The notes beneath the pieces were generated by a model. The model made no database searches, was not told the origin of the DNA, and was given only the letters and a program-made list of their open reading frames with translations. 64,000 nucleotides of DNA from Gammaproteobacteria bacterium (GTDB lineage Bacteria; Pseudomonadota; Gammaproteobacteria; Eutrophobiales; Eutrophobiaceae): contig JAURNW010000021.1 of assembly GCA_030829985.1 (NCBI GenBank), forward strand, positions 11,611 to 75,610, given 5' to 3'. The number at the start of each line of letters is the position of its first letter. Positions within the stretch are counted from its first letter, which is position 1. Both the position numbers and the translations under genes were made by a program. Shown here piece by piece: positions 1 through 9,577 of this stretch.

Positions 1-124
1 AAATTATGTAAAACACGGGCTGTACATTCAGGCGGACATCACTTATCTTGACGGGTTTTAGTGCGTCAGCACTGAAAAATGGCGTCGAACATCGATAACG
101 AATCAATAATCTGGAGTCTATTTA

Positions 125-1255
125 ATGGGTGTACCTCTAATTCAGCAATTCAGGATGGGAAAATATATCCTAGGCAAAAAATTCAGTGGCGAAAAAAAAT
201 ACCCACTGGTATTGATGCTGGAACCCTTGTTTCGCTGCAATCTGGCCTGTGCCGGCTGTGGCAAAATTGATTATCCGAAAGAGATACTGGATAAACGACT
301 TAGTTATGAAGATTGTATGGCTGCCATCGATGAATGTGGCGCCCCTGTAGTCTCGATTGCGGGCGGCGAGCCGCTGATACACAAAGAAATGAAGCAGATT
401 GTTGATGGCTACATCGAGCGTAAGAAATTTGTTTACCTGTGCACGAATGCCCTGTTGTTGAAGAAACATATTGATGAATACACACCATCACCTTATCTGA
501 CGTTTTCTATCCATCTTGACGGCAACAAAGAACGTCATGATGCTTCTGTATGTCTGGATGGCGTTTTCGATAAATGCATTAGCGTTATCAAACTTGCTCG
601 TGAAAAAGGCTTTCGTGTCACCATAAACTGCACTTTGTTTCAAAATGAAACCGCTGATGAAGTCGCAGAATTCATGGATATGGCAATGGAACTGGGTGTT
701 GAAGGTGTCACTATTTCGCCAGGGTATAATTACGAAAGAGCACCTAAACAGGACGTTTTCTTGAAAAAGACCGAGAGCAAACAACTGTTCAGAGATATAT
801 TCAAACTTGGTATCGGTAAAAAATGGCGCTTTAATCAGTCATCACTGTATCTGGATTTCCTGGCTGGTAACCAAACTTATGAATGTACTCCTTGGGGTAA
901 TCCAACCCGCAACGTATTTGGTTGGCAAAAACCATGTTACTTGTTAGTTGGCGAAGGTTATGCACCAACCTTCTCTGCCCTGATGGAAGAAACTGAATGG
1001 CAAAATTACGGCACTGGCCGTAATCCTAAATGTGCGAATTGCATGGTTCATTGCGGGTATGAAGCTACTGCTGTGAACGACACAGTAAGTCATCCATTTA
1101 AGGCCTTGGGTATATTTCTTAAAGGGCCCAAGACAGATGGAGAAATGGCACCTGAATTACCCGTACTCTATGACGATGATGCAGTAACCGCTCCGAAACT
1201 GGTTTCTGAAAATAAAGCAACAAAGAGTTGCGCTAGTAGTAAACAAGTCGCCTGA
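125..1255 (+). CDS. hpnH: Hopanoid-associated radical SAM protein HpnH (adenosylhopane synthase)
   Basis: 376-aa ORF. It has the radical-SAM cluster motif CNLACAGC near the N-terminus, a GGEPL motif and a Cys-rich C-terminal part (CANCMVHCG). The N-terminus (PLIQQFRMGKYILGKK) matches my memory of HpnH. Its stop overlaps the next start (TGATG at 1253-1257). Confidence 0.85.
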   Translation: MGVPLIQQFRMGKYILGKKFSGEKKYPLVLMLEPLFRCNLACAGCGKIDYPKEILDKRLSYEDCMAAIDECGAPVVSIAGGEPLIHKEMKQIVDGYIERKKFVYLCTNALLLKKHIDEYTPSPYLTFSIHLDGNKERHDASVCLDGVFDKCISVIKLAREKGFRVTINCTLFQNETADEVAEFMDMAMELGVEGVTISPGYNYERAPKQDVFLKKTESKQLFRDIFKLGIGKKWRFNQSSLYLDFLAGNQTYECTPWGNPTRNVFGWQKPCYLLVGEGYAPTFSALMEETEWQNYGTGRNPKCANCMVHCGYEATAVNDTVSHPFKALGIFLKGPKTDGEMAPELPVLYDDDAVTAPKLVSENKATKSCASSKQVA

Positions 1256-2367
1256 TGGAATTAACTCTCCTGGCAGTAATGCCAGGATTGCTTATCTGGG
1301 TCGCCATACTCTTACTGCCTTGGCGACCCTGGAATACCCGGGAATCTCTCGACAGCCAAAGCGCAGAAAATCAGGACTTATCCGATGTCACTGTGCTTAT
1401 TCCTGCTCGAGATGAATCTGAGACAATTACTCAAACTCTTACCGCCCTCAAAGAACAAGGCCATGGATTACAGGTGATTCTGGTCGATGACCAATCCACC
1501 GATAATACAGCTGAGCTGGCCAAGTCGGTCGAACTGGAAAATCTCAAAATAGTCCCCGGTACAACTCTGGCCGAAGGTTGGAGTGGGAAATTATGGGCGC
1601 TGGAACAGGGACGCCAACACATCAAGACCCCCTTCCTCTTGTTATTAGACGCCGATATTGTTTTGATGCCGAATCTTATTCCGACATTATTGAAAGTAGT
1701 TCGCGAAAAGGATTTAAAAATGCTGTCCCTGATGGCTCACTTGAAGATGGAGTCAAACTGGGAAAAGCTGTTAATGCCGGCTTTTATCTTCTTTTTTAAA
1801 TTACTATATCCATTCCATCTATCGAATAAACCAACATCATCTATCGCTGCTGCTGCAGGTGGATGTATCTTGCTTGAATTTAGTGTGCTTGAAAAATTAG
1901 GTGGGTTTAACTGCATCAAAAATGCGTTGATTGACGATTGTTCATTGGCAAAACAGATTAAACAGGAAGGTTATAATATCTGGATGGGTTTAACCCATTC
2001 TGCAATCAGTATCCGTAGTTACAATTCACTTTCGACCATCTGGCAAATGGTTGCAAGAACCGCCTATACCCAACTAGGTTATTCTCCATTGTTATTATTA
2101 GTTTGCACCATGCTGATGGTGGCAGCTTTTGCTTTACCCATTACAGCACTACTACAAACTCAACTCGATATTTTTATAACCGGAATAATCATCCTTGCCC
2201 TGCAAGTCGTCTGTTATATACCGACCTTGCGCTACTATTCAATGAAACCAGTCTATGCATTGACCTTACCATTGATAGGCATACTTTATTTACTAATGAC
2301 ATGGAGTTCCGCTTATCATTATTATTTTGGCAAGGGTGCAGTATGGAAAAACCGTCATTATAATTAA
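1255..2367 (+). CDS. Family 2 glycosyltransferase, hopene-associated HpnB-like, membrane-anchored
   Basis: 370 aa. There is an N-terminal TM segment, the GT2 signatures VLIPARDE and LVDDQSTDNT (DxD-type), and several C-terminal TM segments. It is translationally coupled to hpnH. Confidence 0.65.
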   Translation: MELTLLAVMPGLLIWVAILLLPWRPWNTRESLDSQSAENQDLSDVTVLIPARDESETITQTLTALKEQGHGLQVILVDDQSTDNTAELAKSVELENLKIVPGTTLAEGWSGKLWALEQGRQHIKTPFLLLLDADIVLMPNLIPTLLKVVREKDLKMLSLMAHLKMESNWEKLLMPAFIFFFKLLYPFHLSNKPTSSIAAAAGGCILLEFSVLEKLGGFNCIKNALIDDCSLAKQIKQEGYNIWMGLTHSAISIRSYNSLSTIWQMVARTAYTQLGYSPLLLLVCTMLMVAAFALPITALLQTQLDIFITGIIILALQVVCYIPTLRYYSMKPVYALTLPLIGILYLLMTWSSAYHYYFGKGAVWKNRHYN

Positions 2368-2470
2368 TTGCAACAAAATCCAGTTAAATGCATCTAATTT
2401 TTTATAGCTGAAAACAACTATAAAACCAGCCGATAATTTAACCTATTTATATAACTATGGATTTCACACA

Positions 2471-3106
2471 ATGACTTCACCACACCATTCATTTCAACGA
2501 TTTTTAAGGTATTTTATATATCCAGGAATAGTCTTTTTTAGCACTCATATATGGGCTGAAACTGAGCAGGAGAAAGCGATTCAGGCCCCTGTCAACGAAT
2601 TACATACCTCATTAATCAACATTATGCAGGCTGCTGAGAAACAAAGCTTTCAAGCACGTTATGACGTTATCGAGAAGGTGGTTCTTGAATATTTCGATTC
2701 ACCTCTGATTGCAAAAGTTATATTAGGTCGCTACTGGAAAACGCTTGATGAAAAATCAAAATCGGAATTTATAAATTTATTTAATCGTTTGACCATATCA
2801 ACTTATGTAGACCGATTTGATACTTATAGAGAGCAATCATTTAAAGATATATCTACAGAGAAGATGAAAAAAAATAGATATCTGGTTAAAACAGAATTTG
2901 TGCGTACAGATGATGAACCAGTATCTTTCAATTACATCGTCCAAAAAGAGAATGATAAGTGGAAGATAATCAGTGTCATCGCCAACGGCATAAATGACCT
3001 GTCTCTAAAACGAGCAGACTATTCTGCCATTATCAAGGATCAGGGTTTTGATGCCCTCTTAATCGACCTGAAAGAAAAAATCAGACTTTTGCAGCCTGAA
3101 ATATAA
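2471..3106 (+). CDS. MlaC/Ttg2D-family periplasmic lipid-binding protein (HpnM-like)
   Basis: 211 aa with an N-terminal signal-like hydrophobic segment. The length and sequence pattern (FDSPLIAKVILGRYW, WKIISVI) are typical of toluene-tolerance Ttg2D/MlaC carriers. It lies in a hopanoid gene context. Confidence 0.65.
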   Translation: MTSPHHSFQRFLRYFIYPGIVFFSTHIWAETEQEKAIQAPVNELHTSLINIMQAAEKQSFQARYDVIEKVVLEYFDSPLIAKVILGRYWKTLDEKSKSEFINLFNRLTISTYVDRFDTYREQSFKDISTEKMKKNRYLVKTEFVRTDDEPVSFNYIVQKENDKWKIISVIANGINDLSLKRADYSAIIKDQGFDALLIDLKEKIRLLQPEI

Positions 3107-3203
3107 ACAAAACCAATATTAAAAATTGTTTCCAGCCTTAAGGTATGTCAATATTTGCCGATTGATAATCACAACCTATTTGCACTGCAAGAGAGAGTAG
3201 AAA

Positions 3204-4004
3204 ATGACTGGATGGCGTTTATTTGATTTAGCAAAACTCCTGATTCTTATCGGGATTATGTCGCTGGCAACGGGCTGCGCAACAACACAAAGTATAAATA
3301 ATGACGGTGACCCCGATCCATTAGAACCGGCAAACCGTGTGGTCTTCAATGTAACTGAAACACTTGATAAGCATCTTATTAAACCTATTGCTGAGTCATA
3401 TGTCGATCTAGCTCCCTTACCCGTTAGAACCAGTGTAACTAATTTTTTCAATAATCTAGGCTACTTGAATGTCATCTTGAATGATTTTTTGCAAGGGAAA
3501 TTTGAACAGGGAATAACAGACATGCTTCGCTTTACCTATAATTCAACATTTGGTATTGCAGGTTTATTTGATGTTTCTACACCAATAGGTATGCCTGCAA
3601 ATATTGAAGATTTTGGCCAAACACTTGCTACTTGGGGTGTAGATCAAGGATCGTATCTCTATTTATTGGGACCAACCTCAACACGTGACGTAATAGATCA
3701 AGTGCCAAGCACTCTGTTAAACCCGTTCTTTTATATGTCAGGTATAATTTTCGCCCCAATTAGCGTTATAAATGCTGTGAACACACGTGCCAATCTGCTT
3801 GAAGCATCCAGTATTCGTGACGAAGCAGCGCTGGATACTTATTCATTCACCCGTGAAGCTTATCTACAACAACGTGAGTTTCTTGTCCATGATGGCAATC
3901 CACCTGCCACGGGTTATGACGATATCTTTGATGACGGTGAATTTGCCGATGATGTGTCAGAGTCTGATTCAGATTCAGATTCAGGTATGTTAATCATCGA
4001 ATAA
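3204..4004 (+). CDS. mlaA: MlaA/VacJ-family outer-membrane lipoprotein with acidic C-terminal tail
   Basis: 266 aa. It has a lipobox (LATGC) and VacJ-type core motifs (DPLEPANR, FNNLGY, NSTFGIAGLFD, FGQTLATWG). The C-terminus is Asp/Ser/Glu-rich. Confidence 0.8.
   Translation: MTGWRLFDLAKLLILIGIMSLATGCATTQSINNDGDPDPLEPANRVVFNVTETLDKHLIKPIAESYVDLAPLPVRTSVTNFFNNLGYLNVILNDFLQGKFEQGITDMLRFTYNSTFGIAGLFDVSTPIGMPANIEDFGQTLATWGVDQGSYLYLLGPTSTRDVIDQVPSTLLNPFFYMSGIIFAPISVINAVNTRANLLEASSIRDEAALDTYSFTREAYLQQREFLVHDGNPPATGYDDIFDDGEFADDVSESDSDSDSGMLIIE
3966..3983 (+). repeat. Perfect (GATTCA)x3 hexanucleotide repeat encoding the DSDSDS tail of the MlaA-like protein
   Basis: Read directly from the sequence: gattca gattca gattca. 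Confidence 0.9.
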
Positions 4005-4050
4005 GATAGATTTAGCGACATAACATTATCTTTTTTGAAAACCTACAAAC

Positions 4051-4082
4051 AGTAGCTGCATTATTTAATTAATGCAGCTACT
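4051..4082 (-). terminator. Hairpin with 13-bp perfect stem overlapping the glcF stop codon; likely terminator between the convergent mlaA-like gene and glcF
   Basis: agtagctgcatta (4051-4063) pairs with taatgcagctact (4070-4082) around a 6-nt loop. On the minus strand it is followed by GTTTGTAGGTTTTC. Confidence 0.5.
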
Positions 4083-5278
4083 TCCTCAACCCAGTGTTTG
4101 ACCGGTACCGGACTTTTTGTCTGTAAATGTTTTAGGCAACCAATGTTGGCTGTAAGAATCATCTCTGGTTCACCTGACAGCAAATTTTCAATTTTATTGG
4201 CTTGTAGCTTGCCTGATATTGCTGGTTGCAATAAAGAATAAACACCGGCCGATCCACAGCATAGATGAGCATCTTTTACTTCACGCAAGATGAAACCCAA
4301 CCTGCTTAACAGGCTTTCAGTCACGCCATTTAATTTTTGGCCATGCTGTAATGTACACGGGCTCTGAAAGGCAACGTTTTTGGGCTTGTTTAATTGCAAT
4401 TTTTCTAAATCAAATTCCGATACATACTCAGAGATATCTTTTGTTAAGCCTGAAATTTTTGCTGCCTTGCTGGCATAGACCTCATCTTCACGTAATAAAT
4501 AACCATATTCTTTGATATGTACACCACAACCACTGGCAGAGACAATTATTGCCTCTACGCCTTGCTCAACAAGGGGCCAGTACAAATCAATATTACCTCT
4601 CATAAAGGCTAAGGCCTGTTCTGTTGCCGTAAGGTGCTGACTTAAAGCACCACAACATTGCTCGTCTTTAACACCAATGACAGAAACACCAAGCGCATCT
4701 AATACTTTAGTTACTGACTGATTTATCCCCGGAGCCATTGCTGGCTGCACGCAACCTGAAAATAAAATAACCTTACGTGAATGAACTTTCATCGTTTTAA
4801 GATTAGCTTTCTTTGTATACGCCGGGATCATCGTTTTTATCTTTGAGGGGAGGCAAAAACGAAAAAATTGCCCCGTCCTTAATAAAGGAGTAAATCTATC
4901 TTTATAAGGTAAAGTTTGTAAGATAAAAAATCGGACGAGGCGCTGATGCCAAGGTCGAGTTGTTTTTTGTTCAATATGATGACGTCCTATATCGAGTAAC
5001 TTTCCATATTCAACACCTGAAGGACAGGTAGTTTCACATGCACGACATGTCAAACATCGGTCTAGGTGTTGTAGCGTTCTATCCGATGTTTCCTCTCCCT
5101 CTAACATGGACTTTATCAGGTAAATACGTCCTCTTGGCCCATCAAGTTCGTCACCTAATAATTGATAGGTCGGACATGTTGCGGTACAAAAACCACAATG
5201 CACGCATGACCGTAAAATACGTTCCGCTTCTTTACCTTCGGATGTATCGCTAATTGATTTTTCTATGAATGTTTGCAT
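4061..5278 (-). CDS. glcF: Glycolate oxidase iron-sulfur subunit GlcF
   Basis: 405 aa. It has two 4Fe-4S ferredoxin motifs (CVHCGFCTATCP, CLTCRACETTCP) and two Cys-rich CCG-type repeats. It lies downstream of glcD and glcE. Confidence 0.9.
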   Translation of the reverse strand: MQTFIEKSISDTSEGKEAERILRSCVHCGFCTATCPTYQLLGDELDGPRGRIYLIKSMLEGEETSDRTLQHLDRCLTCRACETTCPSGVEYGKLLDIGRHHIEQKTTRPWHQRLVRFFILQTLPYKDRFTPLLRTGQFFRFCLPSKIKTMIPAYTKKANLKTMKVHSRKVILFSGCVQPAMAPGINQSVTKVLDALGVSVIGVKDEQCCGALSQHLTATEQALAFMRGNIDLYWPLVEQGVEAIIVSASGCGVHIKEYGYLLREDEVYASKAAKISGLTKDISEYVSEFDLEKLQLNKPKNVAFQSPCTLQHGQKLNGVTESLLSRLGFILREVKDAHLCCGSAGVYSLLQPAISGKLQANKIENLLSGEPEMILTANIGCLKHLQTKSPVPVKHWVEEVAALIK

Positions 5279-5283
5279 AAGCT

Positions 5284-6342
5284 CTAGACTGTCGCGTACA
5301 TCTTCCCTGGATTTAATATGCCGTGTGGGTCAAAGGCGTTTTTTAATCCTTTATGTAATGACAATAATCCATCTGTTAAAGGTTGAAACACTTCCTGTTG
5401 ACGATCAGAACCTTTAAACAACATCGCACTGCCGCCTGCGACTGAAGCCATATTAAATATTTCTTCCGCAGAACGGTCAGAATTAAGCCAATACAACCCC
5501 CCGCCCCAATCTATTAAACACGAATCATCAGCCACAGCCACGACAGATGTTAAGGGAACAGATAATCGCCAAACATTATTGTCCGAATTAAAAATGGACG
5601 ATTTGTAATCACGTAATTCATCCCAGAATAACTGCGCTTGTTCTAATACATCCATGCCGATAGCCTCACTTGAAGTCTTGACCACCTTTTCATCTCCCGA
5701 TAAACGGATAAATAACGCTTCACCATCATAACAGGATGCAGATATAGGTATGTTACCAGTGGACAATTCAAGCATCTTCGCCAGGGCTTTTTCGGCTGAT
5801 AATAATTGATGACAGGTCATCTCAAATTCAGGTATTGGCATAACCTTGAGTGAAATGTCCAAAATTACACCTAGTGTTCCATATGCACCTGTCATCAATC
5901 GCGATAGATCATAACCAGCAACATTCTTCATTACCTGTCCACCAAATGTCAGCTCTTTGCCCAAGCCATTTATACAATGGATTCCTAAAACATAATCACG
6001 CACCGAACCTGTATAAGGTCGGCGTGGCCCGCTCAAGCCTGTCGCTACAACACCACCTATTGTGGTGCTGGCATTAATCTGAGGCGGGTCAAAAGCTAAC
6101 ATTTGTCCGTGTTCGGTCAGGGTGTTATTGATCTCACTCAGCGTTGTACCGGATCTAGCTGTAATATACAGTTCTGTCGGCTCATAACTTATTACACCGC
6201 TATAAGAGGACATCTCCAAAGATGTTCCAGTGCTGTTTCTACCTAGAAAAGCTTTGCTATCACCACCCACAATCTTCAATGGCTCACGCTGCTCAATGGC
6301 ATTCGCTAATTGGTCCTGGATGATTTTTATTTTTTCTTGCAT
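5284..6342 (-). CDS. glcE: Glycolate oxidase FAD-binding subunit GlcE
   Basis: 352 aa with an FAD-binding PCMH-type domain pattern. It sits between glcD and glcF. Confidence 0.85.
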   Translation of the reverse strand: MQEKIKIIQDQLANAIEQREPLKIVGGDSKAFLGRNSTGTSLEMSSYSGVISYEPTELYITARSGTTLSEINNTLTEHGQMLAFDPPQINASTTIGGVVATGLSGPRRPYTGSVRDYVLGIHCINGLGKELTFGGQVMKNVAGYDLSRLMTGAYGTLGVILDISLKVMPIPEFEMTCHQLLSAEKALAKMLELSTGNIPISASCYDGEALFIRLSGDEKVVKTSSEAIGMDVLEQAQLFWDELRDYKSSIFNSDNNVWRLSVPLTSVVAVADDSCLIDWGGGLYWLNSDRSAEEIFNMASVAGGSAMLFKGSDRQQEVFQPLTDGLLSLHKGLKNAFDPHGILNPGKMYATV

Positions 6343-6421
6343 TGAACAGTCATCTGATTAATTTAGTTTTAAAGTCATGAATGAAAAAGCTGATTTAAAG
6401 TAATATCAGAAATAAAACATC

Positions 6422-7864
6422 TCAATAACGTTCCAGCTCGGGAAACTTATCCTTGCCTGCGTGTACATGCATCGCTCCAAACTCTGCACATCGGTTTAAA
6501 GTAGGCACCGCCTTGCCCGGGTTTAGCAAACCTTTTTTATCGAACGCTGCTTTTACAGCATGAAACTGTTCCAGTTCATCATCGCTAAACTGGATACACA
6601 TCTCATTTATTTTTTCTATACCGACCCCGTGCTCACCCGTTATGGTACCGCCCATTTCAATACAGAGTTTGAGTATGTCGCTACCAAATGCTTCAGTGCG
6701 TTTTAACTCTCCCGGAATAGCAATATCATATAAAATCAAGGGATGTAAATTTCCATCTCCGGCATGAAAGACATTGATTACATCTAGTTTATATTTTTTA
6801 GATAAATCATTTATACCAGACAATACCTGTGCGATATGTTTTCTTGGGATGGTTCCATCCATACAATAGTAATCCGGTGCAACTCGACCCGCAGCCGGGA
6901 AAGCCGCTTTTCTACCTGCCCAGAATAGATCTGATTCAGCATCATTCTGCGCAACACGTACTTCTGTTGCACCGAATCGAGTAAGCAATTGTTCGACAGC
7001 ATTTAAGCCTGTTTCTACTTCATCCTGAGTACCATCTAATTCACACAATAAGATCGCTTCTGCATCGGTGGGATAACCGGCGTGAACAAAATCTTCAACC
7101 GCACGAACACCTCCCTTATCCATCATTTCCAGACCGGCAGGAATAATGCCCTCAGCGATAACACCCGCAACGGCATTACCGGCTTTCTCAACGTCATCAA
7201 AAGCAGCAAGCAAGACTCTGCTGAAGGGTGGTTTCGGAACCAGTTTTACCGTGACTTCGACTATCACCGCCAACATCCCTTCAGAACCCGTCAATAGGGC
7301 AAGCAGATCGTATCCGGCTGAATCGAAAGCATGGCTACCAACCGTAATTAATTCACCCTCAATAGTGACGAGTTTCAATTGCATAATATTGTGCACTGTA
7401 AGGCCATATTTCAAACAATGAACGCCACCAGAATTTTCAGCTACATTTCCACCAATAGTGCAGGCGATCTGGGATGACGGATCAGGGGCATAATATAAAC
7501 CATGTGATTTCACGGCATCGGAGATAGCGAGATTACGAACACCTGGTTGAACCCGTGCCGTTCGCTGTTCCGGATCAATTTCGATTATCTTGTTAAATTT
7601 AGCCAGAATCAGCAATACTCCTTCTTCGTGGGGCATCGCACCGCCAGATAGGCCGGTACCTGCACCTCTGGCGACAACCGGTATATCGTGAGAATGGCAA
7701 TACGATAATATGGCTTGTACCTGCTCCACAGTATCCGGCAAAACTACACAGCCCGGCATTACCCGATGAGCAGATAGCGCATCACATTCATAAACGCGCC
7801 GCGATTCTTCAGATAGCAATACAGCCCCTGCTGGGAGAATCTCTGTTAATTTACTAAAATTCAT
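6422..7864 (-). CDS. glcD: Glycolate oxidase subunit GlcD (FAD-linked oxidase)
   Basis: 480 aa. It has the FAD-binding motif ARGAGTGLSGGA and an FAD-linked oxidase C-terminal domain. It is the first gene of the glcDEF order. Confidence 0.9.
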   Translation of the reverse strand: MNFSKLTEILPAGAVLLSEESRRVYECDALSAHRVMPGCVVLPDTVEQVQAILSYCHSHDIPVVARGAGTGLSGGAMPHEEGVLLILAKFNKIIEIDPEQRTARVQPGVRNLAISDAVKSHGLYYAPDPSSQIACTIGGNVAENSGGVHCLKYGLTVHNIMQLKLVTIEGELITVGSHAFDSAGYDLLALLTGSEGMLAVIVEVTVKLVPKPPFSRVLLAAFDDVEKAGNAVAGVIAEGIIPAGLEMMDKGGVRAVEDFVHAGYPTDAEAILLCELDGTQDEVETGLNAVEQLLTRFGATEVRVAQNDAESDLFWAGRKAAFPAAGRVAPDYYCMDGTIPRKHIAQVLSGINDLSKKYKLDVINVFHAGDGNLHPLILYDIAIPGELKRTEAFGSDILKLCIEMGGTITGEHGVGIEKINEMCIQFSDDELEQFHAVKAAFDKKGLLNPGKAVPTLNRCAEFGAMHVHAGKDKFPELERY

Positions 7865-8022
7865 AGTGAATCATTTTATGCTTATTTGATTTATTTAACA
7901 GCCGGCTTATATCATCGATAATTTTGCCATTTCTAGAGCACATATAAAACTAGTTAATGATATAATCCCAAGCTTCTGAATGTTGTAGCTAAAGATATTA
8001 CGACCATTAAAACCAAAGTCTC

Positions 8023-9567
8023 ATGAGTGAAGAAATCCTTATCAATGTTACACCTCAAGAAACGCGCGTAGCCGTTGTTGATAATGGTGTATTGCAGGAA
8101 GTACATATTGAAAGGTCACAAAAACGAGGTCTCGTAGGTAATATCTTTAAAGGGCGTGTATCTCGTGTCCTGCCCGGCATGCAAGCAGCTTTCATAGATA
8201 TTGGGCTTGAACGCACAGGATTTCTGCATTCTTCCGATATCGTTGCGAATAATAGCAAATACGATATTGAAAAGCAGGAACTGGAACAAATACAACCGAT
8301 TGAATCAATTATCCATGAAGGAGAAGAAATTCTTGTTCAGGTAGTTAAAGATCCCATTGGCAGCAAGGGAGCAAGATTGACAACACGTCTTTCAATCCCA
8401 TCGCGCTACATTGTGTTCATGCCCGATTATTCAACTATAGGTATTTCTCAAAGAATTGAAGTTGAGGAAGAACGTGAAAGACTAAGAAATATTATTCTAG
8501 GTTATTTATCTGGTATCGAAAAACTGGCGGTTGGTAACGAAGGCAATGTTATCTTACACAGTGTGTTGCGTGAATCTGAAATCTTGAAGAAAGGCGGATT
8601 CATTATTAGAACAGCAGCAGAACATGTGCCAGACGAGGATATTTGTAAAGATATAGAGTTTCTCAGAAAAATCTGGGAATCTATTATGGTACGAGCAAAG
8701 AATACGTTTCCTCCGAGTATAATTTATGAGGACTTACCTCTGGTAATGCGAACCATGCGCGATCTGGTTCACTGTGAAGTTGAAAAGGTGCGTATTGATT
8801 CCAAAGAAACTTATCAGCGTGTTATGGAGTTTTCCAAACACTTTATCCCCGAGTTTCTCGGACGAATCGAATACTATACTGGCGGTCATCCTATACTCGA
8901 TCTGTACTCGGTGGAAGATGAAATTCAACGTTCACTAAACAGAAAGGTACAATTAAAATCAGGCGGCTATTTGATCATTGATCAAACTGAGGCCATGACA
9001 ACCATTGATGTTAATACCGGCGCCTTTGTTGGTCATCGGAATCAGGAAGAAACGATATACAAGACAAATCTTGAAGCAGCGCACACATTAGCCCGACAAC
9101 TTCGTCTACGCAACCTTGGTGGCATCATCATTATTGATTTTATTGATATGAAAGATCCGGAACACGGACGCCAGGTATTACGTTCACTTGAAAAAAATAT
9201 TGAAAAAGATCATTCCAAATCAACTTTAAGCGAACTTACCTCTCTCGGACTCGTGCAGTTAACCCGAAAACGAACCAGAGAAAGTCTGGAACATATTCTA
9301 TGCGAAACATGTCCAACCTGTGATGGCAGAGCATCTATAAAAACGGCGGAAACAATTTGTTATGAAATATTCCGGGAAATATTACGTGAAGTCAGACAGT
9401 TTGATGCAAATAAACTATTGGTTGTTGCCTCACAACGCGTTGTTGACATGCTACTAGATGATGAGTCAACCAGTGTCGCGGAGCTTGAGGCATTTATTGG
9501 CAGGCCAATCAATTTTCAGGTAGAAACATATTACACCCAAGAACAATACGACATCGTTCTGCTTTAA
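8023..9567 (+). CDS. rng: Ribonuclease G (RNase E/G family)
   Basis: 514 aa. It has an N-terminal S1 domain (GNIFKGRVSRVLPGMQAAFIDIG) and a catalytic core (IDQTEAMTTIDVNTG). The rng-yhdP order is conserved. Confidence 0.9.
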   Translation: MSEEILINVTPQETRVAVVDNGVLQEVHIERSQKRGLVGNIFKGRVSRVLPGMQAAFIDIGLERTGFLHSSDIVANNSKYDIEKQELEQIQPIESIIHEGEEILVQVVKDPIGSKGARLTTRLSIPSRYIVFMPDYSTIGISQRIEVEEERERLRNIILGYLSGIEKLAVGNEGNVILHSVLRESEILKKGGFIIRTAAEHVPDEDICKDIEFLRKIWESIMVRAKNTFPPSIIYEDLPLVMRTMRDLVHCEVEKVRIDSKETYQRVMEFSKHFIPEFLGRIEYYTGGHPILDLYSVEDEIQRSLNRKVQLKSGGYLIIDQTEAMTTIDVNTGAFVGHRNQEETIYKTNLEAAHTLARQLRLRNLGGIIIIDFIDMKDPEHGRQVLRSLEKNIEKDHSKSTLSELTSLGLVQLTRKRTRESLEHILCETCPTCDGRASIKTAETICYEIFREILREVRQFDANKLLVVASQRVVDMLLDDESTSVAELEAFIGRPINFQVETYYTQEQYDIVLL

Positions 9568-9577
9568 TTGGTCGTTA

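Noticed and set aside
79-270. 63-aa ORF overlapping the start of hpnH in another frame
   Set aside because: It has no recognisable motif. It overlaps a well-supported radical SAM gene whose N-terminus matches HpnH, so it is most likely a chance ORF.
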